Assembly: GCA_965153285.1 (NCBI GenBank) | Contig: OZ229112.1 | Length of the DNA: 64,000 bases | Reading direction: 5' to 3' (one strand) | Origin: Podarcis tiliguerta | Lineage: Eukaryota | Shown here: one piece after another, positions 35,423 to 64,000 of the stretch | Numbering within the stretch: the stretch's first letter is position 1 | How the letters are laid out: the number at the start of each line of letters is the position of its first letter | The notes under the pieces: model-generated | Seen by the model: the letters and a program-made list of their open reading frames with translations, nothing else | Databases searched by the model: none | Told to the model about the DNA's origin: nothing | Position numbers and translations under genes: made by a program

Positions 35423-37297
35423 CAAACCAGGAAGTTTTCAATTAACTTCCTATTTTATGAGTCCTATGTTGTGAATTACTGTTTTATGTCTAAAGGAAAG
35501 TAAAATAGTTGTTAAGAAGTTTTGTCTCTTGGGTCTTTGGTTTAAATTAAATGCTGATACAATATAGCAACCCTACCAAATTCACGGAAATAGAAGGTAA
35601 GATATCTCTAAATTTTCTAAGCCGCTCAAGGTTTATCCTAAATCATTATCTACAGTTCCCCCACACCCTCCTTCACAGCTCTGTTGTCAGACTGCAATGA
35701 TGGGAGAAACTTTTTTCACTCCCAGCACTGGGCTGTCAAAACTCAGAAGCCTTTCAGAGGTAGGAGACTTTCACATGTAAAAGGTAGCAGCAGAGAGTTC
35801 TCTCCCTCGTACCACCCCTTTTTATAAATAGCTTTTACTGTTGTAGCAAATCAATAGTGGCGTTTTGTTTTGTTTTGTTTTGTTCATTAAATTTGCATAT
35901 TGCCCTAAATCTATAAACTTGACTAGGGGATAGGAGAGAAATTTGATCAGTTCTCATTGAATGCTGAATCTATCAAATTCTCACTTTCCAAAACAATATG
36001 AAAACTGAAACACAGCCATCCTTTAAATTTCACCCATACCCAAATTTTGCAATGCAGTTCTCCATCCAAACAACCAAATGCATATATTTAAAAAATGCCT
36101 CTGTTGGGGGAAGTGCATAAAAATTAAGATATTAGTAAAAATAGCGTACACGTGATATTAGAGGAAATTGCAAAAATGTGTCCATTAGTCAGAACTGCAT
36201 ACAAAAATCTCTTAATTAGAAGAAATGCACACTAAAGTGCTGATGTATTATTATTATTATTATTATTATTATAATAGCAAATCTTTGTAGAAACTGCATT
36301 TCAGATTAGAAAAATGGGAACAGAGAGAACCAAAATTGATAGATCCTTCCATCCCAACTCTTCTCTCTAGGGCTATATCACCTTATATGCATCTCAGAAA
36401 GGATGTTATGTTATGATGTAGCATCCTTCAGTAAACATTGTGAGGAGAAAACATGGCTCCGTACTCCACCCTTCCCTCCAGTGCACTTAGAAGGATTATA
36501 AGTTGTAACTTAAAGGTAGGGTGCTATAGCCCCATAGAGGATTCAGAGTACCAGCACTGCTTTGCTTTGCTCTGGCTTTGCTATAGCAGCAAATACTTTA
36601 AATAGAAAAAACCCTCTGCTGTAAACCTTTATCCAATTATGTCCCCACCACTGAAAGATCTCAGAAAGACTTGTCAACCCAGATGTAATTCTGTCACCTC
36701 CTTTCCCATTTCCTCTTTGACCTCTTCAGTGCTTAAGGCTCATATTAATTCTACTAAATTGGACTTTTACTCAAATTAGCAATGTATATGTGCGCACACA
36801 TTTTCTCTCTTTTTCTGTGTGCATGGGGGGGGGGCTGATTCAGGGGACTAGGAGAGAAGTGACCAGCAGGATTATGGGTAGGATGGAAACTATCATAACA
36901 GTTTCAAGTACAATAGTTACTATAATATAAATGGTAATGATATAAAATTGTACATAGCAGTACTAGAACATTTAGACCATTCTTATATATCAATAAAGAA
37001 GTTGGGAGGGGGATTCTTTAAAAGAAAAACATTGAAACTCCATTGGTTTGTGTTTCAGTTGCCCTTTGGATATTCAAGAACTGACTAATAACAAACTGAT
37101 CATTTAACATTAACAGAATGCAAAAGACAGATTAAGAGAAGTCTTATTGCAAAGCCCAGTTTTACAAGTGTTATGAGAACCAAGTGACAGTGAGACATCA
37201 TTCACATTGTTACGAGGAATTTGCATCATAGGAGACAAAAGCAATAAAATGTGACTGTTGCAGCCATTCCAAGTATTCAAACAATTGTTAATTATGA

Positions 37298-37667
37298 GTG
37301 GCGCTGTGGTCTAAACCACTGATCCTTTTGGGCTTGCTGATCGGAAGGTCAGCGGTTTGAATCCGCCTGACAGGATGAGCTCCCATTGCTCTGTCCCAGC
37401 TTCTGCCAACATAGCAGTTTGAAAGCACACCAGTACTAGTAGATAAATAGGTACTGCTGCGACGGGAAGGTAAATAGTGGTTCCATGCGCTCTGGCTTCC
37501 ATCATGGTGTTCTGTTGCGCCAGAAGTAGTTTAATCATGCTGGCCACATGACCTGGAAAGCTGTCTGTGAGCAAATGCCGACTCCCTCGGCTTGAAGTGA
37601 GATGAGCGCTGCAACCCCATAGTCACCTTTGACTGGACTGAACTATCCAGGGGTCCTTTACCTTACC
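37298..37667 (+). mobile_element. Older, diverged Sauria SINE
   Basis: gtggcgctgtggtctaaacc...agtagataaatagg...gggaaggtaaa...cctttaccttacc; colinear with 19833-20190. Confidence 0.85.
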
Positions 37668-40600
37668 ATTCTCATTAGCGTGTTTGGGGCTGTAGTCCTA
37701 TTGTGCTGTTAGTAAAAATAAACATTCTAGAAGCTTTTTATGGCTAAGTATCGGGGTAAAAATGCTTAAAATATAAACAAGCATCATAAATATACCAACA
37801 AAAAGGACTGGATTTTGCAATCAGCAAATATGTATTATATCAACATGTATGGTACAGAAAGCCTTTTATAATCATTTCAGCTGTTAATGATTCTGCCATT
37901 GTGCATTCTAGGACTCTAAATGTAAATTAGAAATACACGTATAGATTACTCAGATTGCTACATTATATAATCAGAAAGATACAATTGTAAAATGATCTAT
38001 TTTAACACTTGCTTAGCCAACAACTGAAATTTTCTAAAACAAATTATTGTGCATAGTGATTTTTGCAATCCTAAAAATTATGTATAGATTTGAGTTTTTT
38101 AAAAGATTCATTTTATAGAGGATTTTGTGTACAATCTGGTTTTTCTGCTGATCTGTAACAACATGGCCACGGAAAAATCCATATCTTGACAGTGAGTTAC
38201 TCTTATAGGCATCTGTTTCCCACTTTATCTACATAATTAAGACTTTAACACATGGTTTCCTGTGCATACAATGTGTAACTATTTGAAACGTGCCAATTGG
38301 ATACTGTCAATGTCCACCAAGGAAACTGGCTTCTTCTGGCAACAGGTGTACTGCTGCCAGGCTCAGCATGCCTAGAGGAGCAGCTCAGAAGACAAGAGAG
38401 CAGGCAACTGGAACAGCTGAGGAACAAGCTTTTAAAAATCCATTTAGCTTCTGCTTCTACTTACCTGCCAGGTCAATGGAAGCAGTGGAGAGTAGATCTA
38501 TAGTAAAAAAATGTTTGGAGATTAGCTATAGCTGAGAAAATAACCTATACTGAAAGGAAAGTAAAAAACAGATGCCTTTTATGCCATCTGATGGCCATGC
38601 ATTTCATATACACGCAGGTCCTGCTTTCCCAGTGCAATGCCTTCCTCTGAACAAGAAAATAATTTGTTAGGTCAGCATTCACATGACAAAGCTGGTGATT
38701 TCCATTACTTCCTATGGGAACATTTTTAATTTGTGATTTGTCCAATCTCAATCCCTCCCTGGTTTATGCCTGAAACTGCCACAGCCAATCAGCAAAACCA
38801 AACAAAAGAAAAGCTGATTTGTTCAATCTCTCTTGCTCCCTGATTTGTCTGATCTCTCTCCGTCCCTCCATGGTTTCTGCTCAAAATGGCTGCTGGCAAC
38901 AAGCAGAGCATGAACAAGTAAGGAAGTGGGCAAGCTCCAGCTGTTCAGATATCTTAATCAGCAGTTTGGGCATAACTGAAATTTTTGATAACAAGTGTTC
39001 CAATAGTGGGACCTGTGTGTATTAGTGAAAGGGGTCTACAAAATATGTTATCTGCTTCATCATTACAAATCTAGATGTTGTGACCATGTATACTTCTTGA
39101 TAGTTGGATACTTCAGTTGGAGAAGATGACCTCATTGCGGACAGATGCTGCCCTGCAACCCTGGAAGAATAACATCAGAGAATCCCGCAGAAAAATGAAG
39201 AGGGACAAATAGTATAGGGACATGAATACTTACCAGATATCTGGAGAGACTTCGGGGAGGGGTGTTATGATTATGTTTATTTGTCTAGTTATATTTTGTT
39301 ATATGTATATGAAAACCAATAAAAAGTACTTATAGAAAAAGCAGTGGAGAAAGAGGCATTTGATACAGTAGAATGGAGATTTTTCTTTTATGAACTGAAA
39401 GTATTTGGTTTTATACTCCAATTCTTAACTTGGATTTGCTGAAAGATGAGGAAGTGTGACCCTGTTGATTATATTGATGTGCTTCCAGAGGCAAGGCTTT
39501 TTGTGAACAAGGACATTGTTTTTCCTTTTGAGACTGTGGAACTAAAAGTTACCATCCATACCATGTCAAACTTTTGTGTTCATTTTATTTGATCACTCTG
39601 TTTCCAGTCTATACCAGTGAGTGGATCATGCCAAGATGTGTTTGGAACAAAACAATTCACACTTTGCACCACATCCATCATATCTATCACTTTCCTTTTC
39701 CACTCATGTGTTTCCTGACCATGAATGCATGTATTTCATAGAACTGCATGTGCTTATAAAAAATATTAAAAATTGGAATGCTGGTATTTCAGAACTTTGA
39801 CATTCTGATTGGCCACAGTCAGTTCTCCTTTTCCGACTGTACTTCATTTCTAATCACAATAATTTGTGTGATTGAAAAACAGCCTATGTCTTCTGTACAA
39901 TGACACATGCACACAATGTAACTGGCAAATACCTCCTTTTACTAAAAGTTGGAACATTTATTATGGTCATTCATTATAAAGTGCTAACAGAATTGCTGGA
40001 AACCTTAAATTGCAATTTTTCAAAAAATAAATAATAGAGCTGCAGAAATTTGTCCATATACACTGTGCAAAGGTCTTTAGTAAAGAGATCTCTGCAACAT
40101 TATAAAAGTAGTAACATGCCTGGCAGTAATGGAAAGAAACAAAATTGCATGGATAGTGTGATCAGGTGAGAGCAGAAGAGAAGAGCTGTGATTAAAGGAT
40201 AGCTTTCTGGAATTGTCATTTACCCAAATCAAAACCATAGCCAAATAATTGTAAAGGGTAAAAGAGCAAAGAGGCGTCCATACATAAAGTTATGGATGAA
40301 AGGAAGAAACATCGTGGGATGTTTGCAAAAGGATGACAAGATGGTGTGGATGCCATGAAAAAACCACAGGAAACAGAGGAAAACATTGCACAATGTCTTG
40401 TCTCAAAACACCATTGATGTTTCAGGGGCTTTCAACCATGGCAGCCTTCTGGTTAGGCCCTCTTGAGTTGGAACTGACTCCAGATGGTGGTGTTAGGCAA
40501 TGATTGCTTGACCCCTTGCCAAATGTGCTTTGGGCTCCTGCAGCATTCTCTCATTTCTCCCATGCCATTATACGTTTAGATAAAAGTACTGGGAAAGGGT

Positions 40601-40989
40601 TTTGTAATTACAGAGTGAAACAGTTTAATAATTAGAGTGTGTAAATGGAAACTGCAGAGTTTACCAATGATTCTAGCAAGTATATGTAGAACAGATAGAA
40701 GACCGAAACATATGGTGTGCCTGGTAATTGAGATGTAACCCATGGATGTGAAACTTGTAGCCTTCCAGATGACGTTAGCCTTGCCATCAGCCCCAGCCAC
40801 CATGGGCAATGATTAGAGATTATGAAAGTTGTAGTTCAACATCATCTGGAGGGCTAAATGTTCAGTTTGGGGGGTAGCAGTTGTGCATGGGTTCCTAGGT
40901 GTTTGAAGGTATAGGAGACGGAATGGATTGGAGAAATGTGATTGAGAGAAGAGAGCTACTAGCAATTCAAAGAAGGAGTTCAGGTTCTA

Positions 40990-41550
40990 ATGTTTTTTTG
41001 AGAGTCCATACTCAAATAAGTAAGAGAGGTCAGTGCCCATATTCTCAAACAACCAAAAGAAGGGCTTCTATTTTCTGGCGATCTAGGATGAAGGCACTTC
41101 TAAAGGTGATTATGTTGAACCCCAAGATTGCTCCTCTCTCCATTTTTGCTGCGGATGCCCAGGACCTTACTCAAATGGATCTTCTTATCTGCCTTATCGT
41201 GGCAGCACAGCTTACCATTGCTAGACACTGGAGAACTTCAAATGCTGACCTGTTTGAAGTGTGGTTTATGCAAGCTTGGGACTTAATTTTAATAGAAAAG
41301 GCAACAGCAACGTCAAGACCTGAGGAACAATGCTAAATGAAATATACAACATGGTTTTGGTTTTTTTGTATGCTTTGATGACAGAACATGACTACAGACC
41401 ACCTACAGCTCATGAAGATTTATGGAAGGACACTTTTATTTGACGGGAAATATTTACATGATACTGAATTACTTTGAAATGAGACTGTGCTCTGGTGAGG
41501 GTGTGGGTCTTTATATCTTTTCTTACGTTGCTCAAACAGAAAAGAAACAA
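40990..41550 (+). mobile_element. L1-like LINE 3' fragment
   Basis: ORF 40899..41336 contains LIVAAQLTIARHWR...WFMQAWDLILIEK, resembling the C-terminus of squamate L1 ORF2. Confidence 0.6.
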
Positions 41551-43920
41551 GTAATTTAAATAAACCCAGAACTTCTTATGTCTTTACCCTGCCCCCAGCA
41601 TCGACCATGATGATCAGTCTCACTAGAGTCGATTTTCAGTCTCTAGCTCTACTGGCCAGTCAGCTGCAAGGTGTATATGCATGCATCCAGTCAGCAATCA
41701 CTGTGCTGCTAGGTCCCACCTTGATCTGCAGCTCACAGTTTTTTCAAGCAATTCCTTGTCTTGGAGAATGAGCTTTTAGCAATTTCCATTGAAAATAGCC
41801 TGAGAGGACATTCATCCCTCACCCAGAGTTTCCTTGTGATTGGCAACATTAGCCAATCAGAAGTCATCAGGACACAGCCATTTGCATGGCAGAGAGGTGC
41901 TTCTAACTGATGCCCCCAACCAACCCTGTACTTGCTGTGAAACCTCAGCTTTCTCCAGTTCTTGTGTGCTGCCCCCTAATTGGGTCCTGACTCAGTCACA
42001 CCTCCTTGGGCTGTGGTGGAGCAAGAGCAAAGCTGGATTGCTCAGCTACCTCCAGAGAAGCAGGCAGCCAGAGGTATCGCAGCAAGGGGGAAATCCCTCT
42101 TGCTTTTACAGTCCTCTTTGGAGCAAACCTTTTGAGTTCTCAGTCAGGCTGGATGTTACACAAAAAGCACAGCATGTTGCCACTTTCTGATGTGTCATTG
42201 GATATTTAGTTAAAGTGTTACATGCATTTAAGAGGTCTCAAAGGAGGGGACATTGGTTTCTTGATCCTCTCCTTGATAATGAATATGTTGGCAGGCACAT
42301 AATTTGCTGAGCTATTCCTCATTTCTGTAATGGATGTATATATTTTGTTTTGGTGTGCTCAATAAACATCATTTCTGTCTTGGAAAAGACCTGTGTGAGT
42401 CATTGAGTAAATCTGCCAACATGCATTGATAACATAATTTAATCCTAATACATGAGACTCTTGGAATATGTGTTTAGTAAAAGCATGGTTTTACTCAGGA
42501 GGTGCATCAAATATGGTAGGAGATTTCACATTAACATGATGCTGAATCCAATTCTTGCTAGATGAGTGCGCTTTGGAAGGAGATATGCCCAGAGGTGTTT
42601 GACTTTTAGTTAATCAATAGAGGCAGAGGCAAGATGCAAAAGATAATGGAAGGATGTTGCAAAATTACTGTAGACTTTGAGTCTGATACACACTTTCTGA
42701 ATCTTTATGAGGCTGGAATGGAGTACCAATCTAGTAGCAATTCAGCTCCAAAATCTTGGGTAGGTTTCTGCACTTGGTCAATGGTTGTTTGTCCACCCAT
42801 GGTGTTAACTTGTTTTGGAAGGTGCTGAGTTGTTCAGTTCACATTTGGGGGGAATAATTTTTGCTGTGAACATAGGGTCTACAGGAGAGCCATGGAACAG
42901 AATGGAAGCAAACTGGTCAAGCCAAGTCTGGCTCAGTTCTGAAGCAGGCTGAACTGTCTTTCTGGAGGGCAGCGATCCGTGCAAGAACTGTGAGATCCAG
43001 GAAGACTGACAAAGCTATAGTCCTACGGCAGAAGAATGGACCCCTTTGAGGAGGACATTCAACCATGTAGTTCTAATTCAACTATGTAGCTAGCAGGAGA
43101 CAGTGCAAGGTTCCTGCTGGTGCAATAAGTTCCCCTGCCTTCCCTTTGCCCCCCCCCCAATTGACTTGGAGGTGGGGAGAGTTAGGAAAACTCCCAGAAC
43201 AGCACACAGGAAGGGAGGGGCAGCTCTTTCTGTCAGGCAAACAGAAATGCTTGTGCTGTGTTCTGCCAAAGATGGACAATGATGACCACTAAAGTCGCTC
43301 TTTAACAGGCTTTATTTACAGGCTGAGTTAAATAAGGAACAAAGCAAGAGGAAACGGACATCTTACAGCTCCATCTATGGTTGGAGAATCACTTTCCCTT
43401 TTTGGGCAAACAATGGTTTGAATCCTTATAGGTCTGCACTGAGATTCCTACTGCCCATAACTGGGCTTGCACGTTGGAAAATATCTGGGAATGCCGGTGA
43501 TGCTTGGTCACCTGTGCTTGATGTCATCTTCCCATGACCTTGTCTGCAAGGTCAGAACAGTCAGAACAAATGGTGGACTATAAAGGGATGTGATGGTGAA
43601 GATCTTCACCTGCTACTCTATTCAGCACTGAGTTAATGTGTGGGGATCCAGCTTGCCAGGTCTCCAAAGGACACATGGTCCCATATCTCCCACGCTGTTG
43701 GTCAGATAGGCTTTCTAGAATAAGTGCTGATTCTAGCAAGCAGTGATTAACCCTTACGGATCTCTACAAAGCTGTGCTAGTGTAACTTCTTGCAAGTGCT
43801 AGGTCCAGGCCTGTGCACCTCTGAGGACATTCAAAGGGAAAATTTGCAGAGCATCACATGTAACTCTTTGTAATACAATGGTCTTCGGCATATGTCCAAA
43901 GACAAGCTGATGGAATGTTT

Positions 43921-44194
43921 GTGGGGTTGGCAACCTAAGGCCCATGGGCCACAAGTGGCCCACAGGGGTTGTTTAACTGGCCCATGAGCCGCCCCTGAAC
44001 TGAGCCGCCCACTTGGTGAGTCCCTGCGCGCTGCACTAAAGCAGCGTGGCGCGGGGACACGCTTCCATGGCGCCAAAAATCGCGTCTGCACCGACGCTGG
44101 AAATTGCACCTTTGTAGACACTGGAAATCGTGGGCGTGGAGGGATCTCCGCTGGAGTGAATCGGCCCAGGCGAGGTAAACCTTGCCAACCCCTG
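43921..44194. mobile_element. hAT (Charlie-like) MITE
   Basis: ggggttggcaa ... ttgccaacccctg termini; multiple ggccc subterminal motifs. Confidence 0.7.
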
Positions 44195-46394
44195 CCCTAA
44201 AGCAGTGGAAAGCTTTCTGCAGGTTTCTACCCCCAATCTGTCATTCATCAATACAAAACTGTATTTTAATTTGACAATTTATATACCACTTAATCTGCCG
44301 TCACCTCTAAGTGGTGTACAGAAGACGTAGTACAAAGGGTTGGACCCCAGCCACATGCAGCACAATTTTAGTTGGGAAATAGGATGGAAAGAAATGGAGA
44401 GAGAGAGAGAAGTAGGCAGTCATAAAGCAAAGGGTATCATGGAGTGAAGGAATCGGAGAGAGACCACACCTCTGTGCTAAAGCTCATTTCCCATTTTTGC
44501 TTCTTGTGCTTAGCTCTTAAACTTCGTAGCAGGGTTTCTGCTTGGTCTGGGGGCCTTTTGGATCTCAGCTTCCTGCCCTTTTATTTGTAGTCGTATAAAT
44601 ATTATATTTTTAAGGGAAATGGGGAATGCAATCAGACAAGATGTAATAAACCATAATAAAACAAAACCCTGCTTTCTGTGTGTAGTTTTTTGATGGGGGG
44701 GGGGGCACACCTGGTCATCCAGATCAATCCCAGGTTCATTCATTCAAGCAAATAGATCCTCATATGGAGTCCGTATATCTGAAAACTTTGCATATTTATT
44801 GCACTTACAGAAGGTCACCACCTCAAGTTGCTAGCCAAGTCATGTATTTTGTCCTTTGTATGATGGTGGGTCAGGTGGACCTTTTAAAGTCATGAGTTAA
44901 TTCTCCATGAGTTGGTAGAAAAGGATCCCCTGCCCCCCAGATTACTCGTAATTGTCTGATCTCTGTCGCTGTGCATACTGGCATGCAGTTCTGGTCTATA
45001 CCAGAAGTTGTCATTACAGAATTTCGTGGTGGTGGCAGAGAATGGTGAAGGATTGTTGGGGAGAGTTGTAAAGACTTGCAAAGAAGAAACAGAAGACTGA
45101 AGTTGCAGGATTTTGGCAACTTTGGACTTTCAACCTGCTGAGAACTTGAAGCAAAGACTGAAAACCCTCTCAAGGCTCAGAGAGAGAACCCTTCTTGAAG
45201 CAACTGTATCGAGTGCATTTGTGCTTACTAATTAAAACAACCTCCGATAGAGTTTGTCTGCTGCAGGAATTTTAATCGTTTTGCTGAACTTCTGACTGGG
45301 CAGTAAGCCAACTGATTATTGGGCACAAACTTCCAAAAGCCCTTTCCTTCCATTATTGTGTTAGATAGTGCCCTTAGCCAGTTATACTATCCCTCTGACA
45401 AGTTCCAAAGGACAGGGATACAGTTTGATAAGACACTGACATATTTCGATTTCAAATGAGTTACCAAGATCATGTTTGCGTGGCTGATTACGTGTCAAAA
45501 ATCAGCCAAATAATATGGCATAATATTGCATGTACAGCATTCCAACACCACCACATGCCAGTGCTGCTTGCTGTGTTTGGGGTTTGACATATGCCTACTA
45601 TTGCCTTAGGATATTGTTCAGAACCCATCAGTTTACTCAAAGGGCAGGGGTTTCTGAGGTGTGTGTCAGGGTCAAACAAAGCAGTTAGCAGGTGTTTTAG
45701 TGGTATATACAGCCATTCTGCAGCTGGTGGAAGAGAGCATGCCTCTTTTCATCTGGGAAAGTGGAGAAAGACATCATTTGCATAAATCACAGTTTAATTT
45801 CAATTGTTAATGGGAAATAGGAACCCCATAAAAAGGAGGGGAGAGAGTACCCAGCCTCTTTCGATTGTTTTCCTCTTTGTGGCTTCTATGCTGATCTAAC
45901 TTTTTTATATAAAAAAACCCCCAGAAAACCTTGTTATCGCGTCATTCACTTGTTGGAACAAGGAGTTTCTGTCAAATGACATCATTGTTTCCATACTGAA
46001 AAAAGTACCAGAGCTCTGAAATGCTTATGTACCAAATTTAGGTTGGCTAAGAATAAAACACAAGAAGACACCTTCCTAGGGAAATGGTTTCCCTTTGTTT
46101 CATACATGAACACTAACAGAGATTGCAGATTTGGAGGATAAGGGCTGTTTTTTCCTTCTCTTTAGAGATTTCCACACCTGATGACAACAGGAACAGACTG
46201 CAGTAGAATTTGGTATGGTTCACTTTATGTACTGCTGCATGAAGGAGAGACATGGAAATTGTAACCCAAGTTTTGAATATTGTTTATTGAGTTTGTACTT
46301 CCTTTGAAGAGATTCATTCAAAATTATTATTTCTATTTAAAAACAACAGGGCTGTGCTTCCCTGTACCCCCCCAAACCCCCTGTACCCCCCGCA

Positions 46395-47030
46395 AACCCT
46401 GCTGTGCTTCTATCCACATATCTATTCAATGGAGATGCCTTTCTCACTGTCCCCAGGCAAGCATTAGACAGGCATTCCTGGTTGATTGATGTGCAAAAGC
46501 CCCACCCCAAATTCTGCCTCTTCCCCACAGCTCCCTTTTGCCCCATGCTTGGCTCCACCCACTTAAACCTTCTCACCTGCCTGCTGTTGCTTTCTGCAAG
46601 AACTCTAGCATTCTTATGAGAGGCGCTTGTCTACATTATGCAAGAGAAACTCCCTTCGCTCCCAGCATCATCAAGAATTGAGACTGTGACTGTTAGTGCA
46701 AAACTAATGCCCTATGGCACTGCCCACCCCTTTTCCTATTTTTGCTACTTGTGATATTGTTGTTTTCTTCTTCTGACCCTCCTGTATTCTTTTTGTAGGT
46801 GTGACACAGGCTGGGAAGAGGAATACTGCAAACAATGTGTGGATGCCAGACTGTAGCCATGGGACTTGCTGCTAACCCTGGCAATTCAGTTGCCGAAGTG
46901 GCTGGCCAAGCAGGTTCTATGTCCAAGGTAGGCCACGCCACTTGGGACAGGGTGGGGACATCTTGAATAAAGTCAGGACAGGGAAAGGACACAGTGTTAA
47001 ATGCTCAGCTGCCTTATACTGCCCACATGG
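46395..47030 (+). pseudogene. Degenerate duplicate of DLK2 exon 10554-10684 (pseudo-exon 46799-46927) with flanking intron sequence
   Basis: Aligns by eye to ~9930-10810 (e.g. ttctcactgtccccaggcaa.cattagacaggc; ggctgggaag.ggaatactg; ccacttgg.acagggtggggac). Pseudo-exon has a 2-bp deletion and a CAA>TAA change; AG/GT sites retained. Confidence 0.9.
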
Positions 47031-47240
47031 CCTTGTAGCAAGCTCCAACTGCAGCCCTTGGCAGTCCTGGACAGAGAGTGTTCTGTCACCTGTTCTCAGT
47101 TCGTAAGCTGGACTCTCAGCCGTGTGTGGAGTGCATCTTTCATTAAGCTGCAGATATCAGGAAAGGGTCCCACATTGCAGAGGGGAACATTCCCAGTCGT
47201 GAGGTACCAATTGTCCAGTGTTTGTGTCTCTGCAGGGAGG

Positions 47241-63267
<16,027 letters not shown>

Positions 63268-64000
63268 CTATGGGGAGAGAGAAGATTTCATGGGATGAAA
63301 AAGCTCAGAGGGTTAAGCAAAGAACTGAAGTATCCAAAGAGAGCCAGAGAAAAGCCATTTTAGTAGTTGTGAACAGTGTGATGTGTGCTCAAATGTTCAA
63401 GGGTGTGTTTTAAGTGGACTTCTATTAGGGAGCATTATCTTGGGGTCTATGTCTGAGAAACATCAGCTCAGATTTAACCTTTCTGAGCAAGCTTTAATTC
63501 CTGAACTGTGACAGGAGCCAAGGCTACAAAAGCCTAAGAAAAGGGTAGAGAGTCTGAGATGGGAAGGAAGAAACCATCACTCTGTTGGTTTAATATTTAA
63601 TACTTTAATATTGTCTGCTTTCATATTATGACTTTACTGGAGAGGATTTTTATATTTTTTTATAATAGTGGACAATTGCTTCTTTATTCCTCTTGTCTTC
63701 TAACCGATTCTGCTTTTATATTTGTAATAAAAGAGTAAAGCTTGAAAGACAATGAACCTTGTTTTGTCTAGGCAATGCTCTGTATAGAGTCTGTCTCACT
63801 TGTGAAGCCACTTACTTCTCACATTCCAGGGAAAGCTATCACTCAGGTAGGAGGTCCTTACTTCTGACACTAAAAGCAATTTTATTTTCCCCTTTTTATT
63901 GCTCTTCAATAGCAGCAATGTTTAAAATTGCTGGAAGTTTGCCTGAGCAGTGATACCTTCTGAAGCCTTTGCATACACCATGACAGTTTATTCATCTGTT

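Noticed and set aside
38297-38535. Possible ZNF318 downstream exon (LEEQLRRQESRQLEQL)
   Set aside because: No resemblance to the zinc-finger exons and no convincing paired splice sites.

Overview
Vertebrate (squamate, most likely lacertid lizard, judged from Sauria/POM-type and Squam3-type SINEs) genomic DNA corresponding to the DLK2-ABCC10-ZNF318 synteny block. It contains: the last four coding exons of DLK2 (+); a CpG-island promoter driving a six-exon, fully spliceable 903-aa ZNF318-like ORF (+) that stops before the zinc-finger exons, which I cannot find downstream; a degenerate duplicate of a DLK2 exon with its flanking introns (+); and the last 18 coding exons of ABCC10/MRP7 (-). In human, DLK2 and ABCC10 are adjacent tail-to-tail and ZNF318 lies on the far (5') side of ABCC10. 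The order here (DLK2, ZNF318 exons 1-6, DLK2 relic, ABCC10) is best explained by an old tandem duplication that left a zinc-finger-less ZNF318 paralog with an RS/KRSHSPG-repeat N-terminus. The rest is intronic/intergenic DNA rich in CR1, L2 and L1 fragments, SINEs, Tc1/mariner and hAT MITEs and microsatellites. All exon boundaries were read by eye and checked for phase consistency; no database searches were run.
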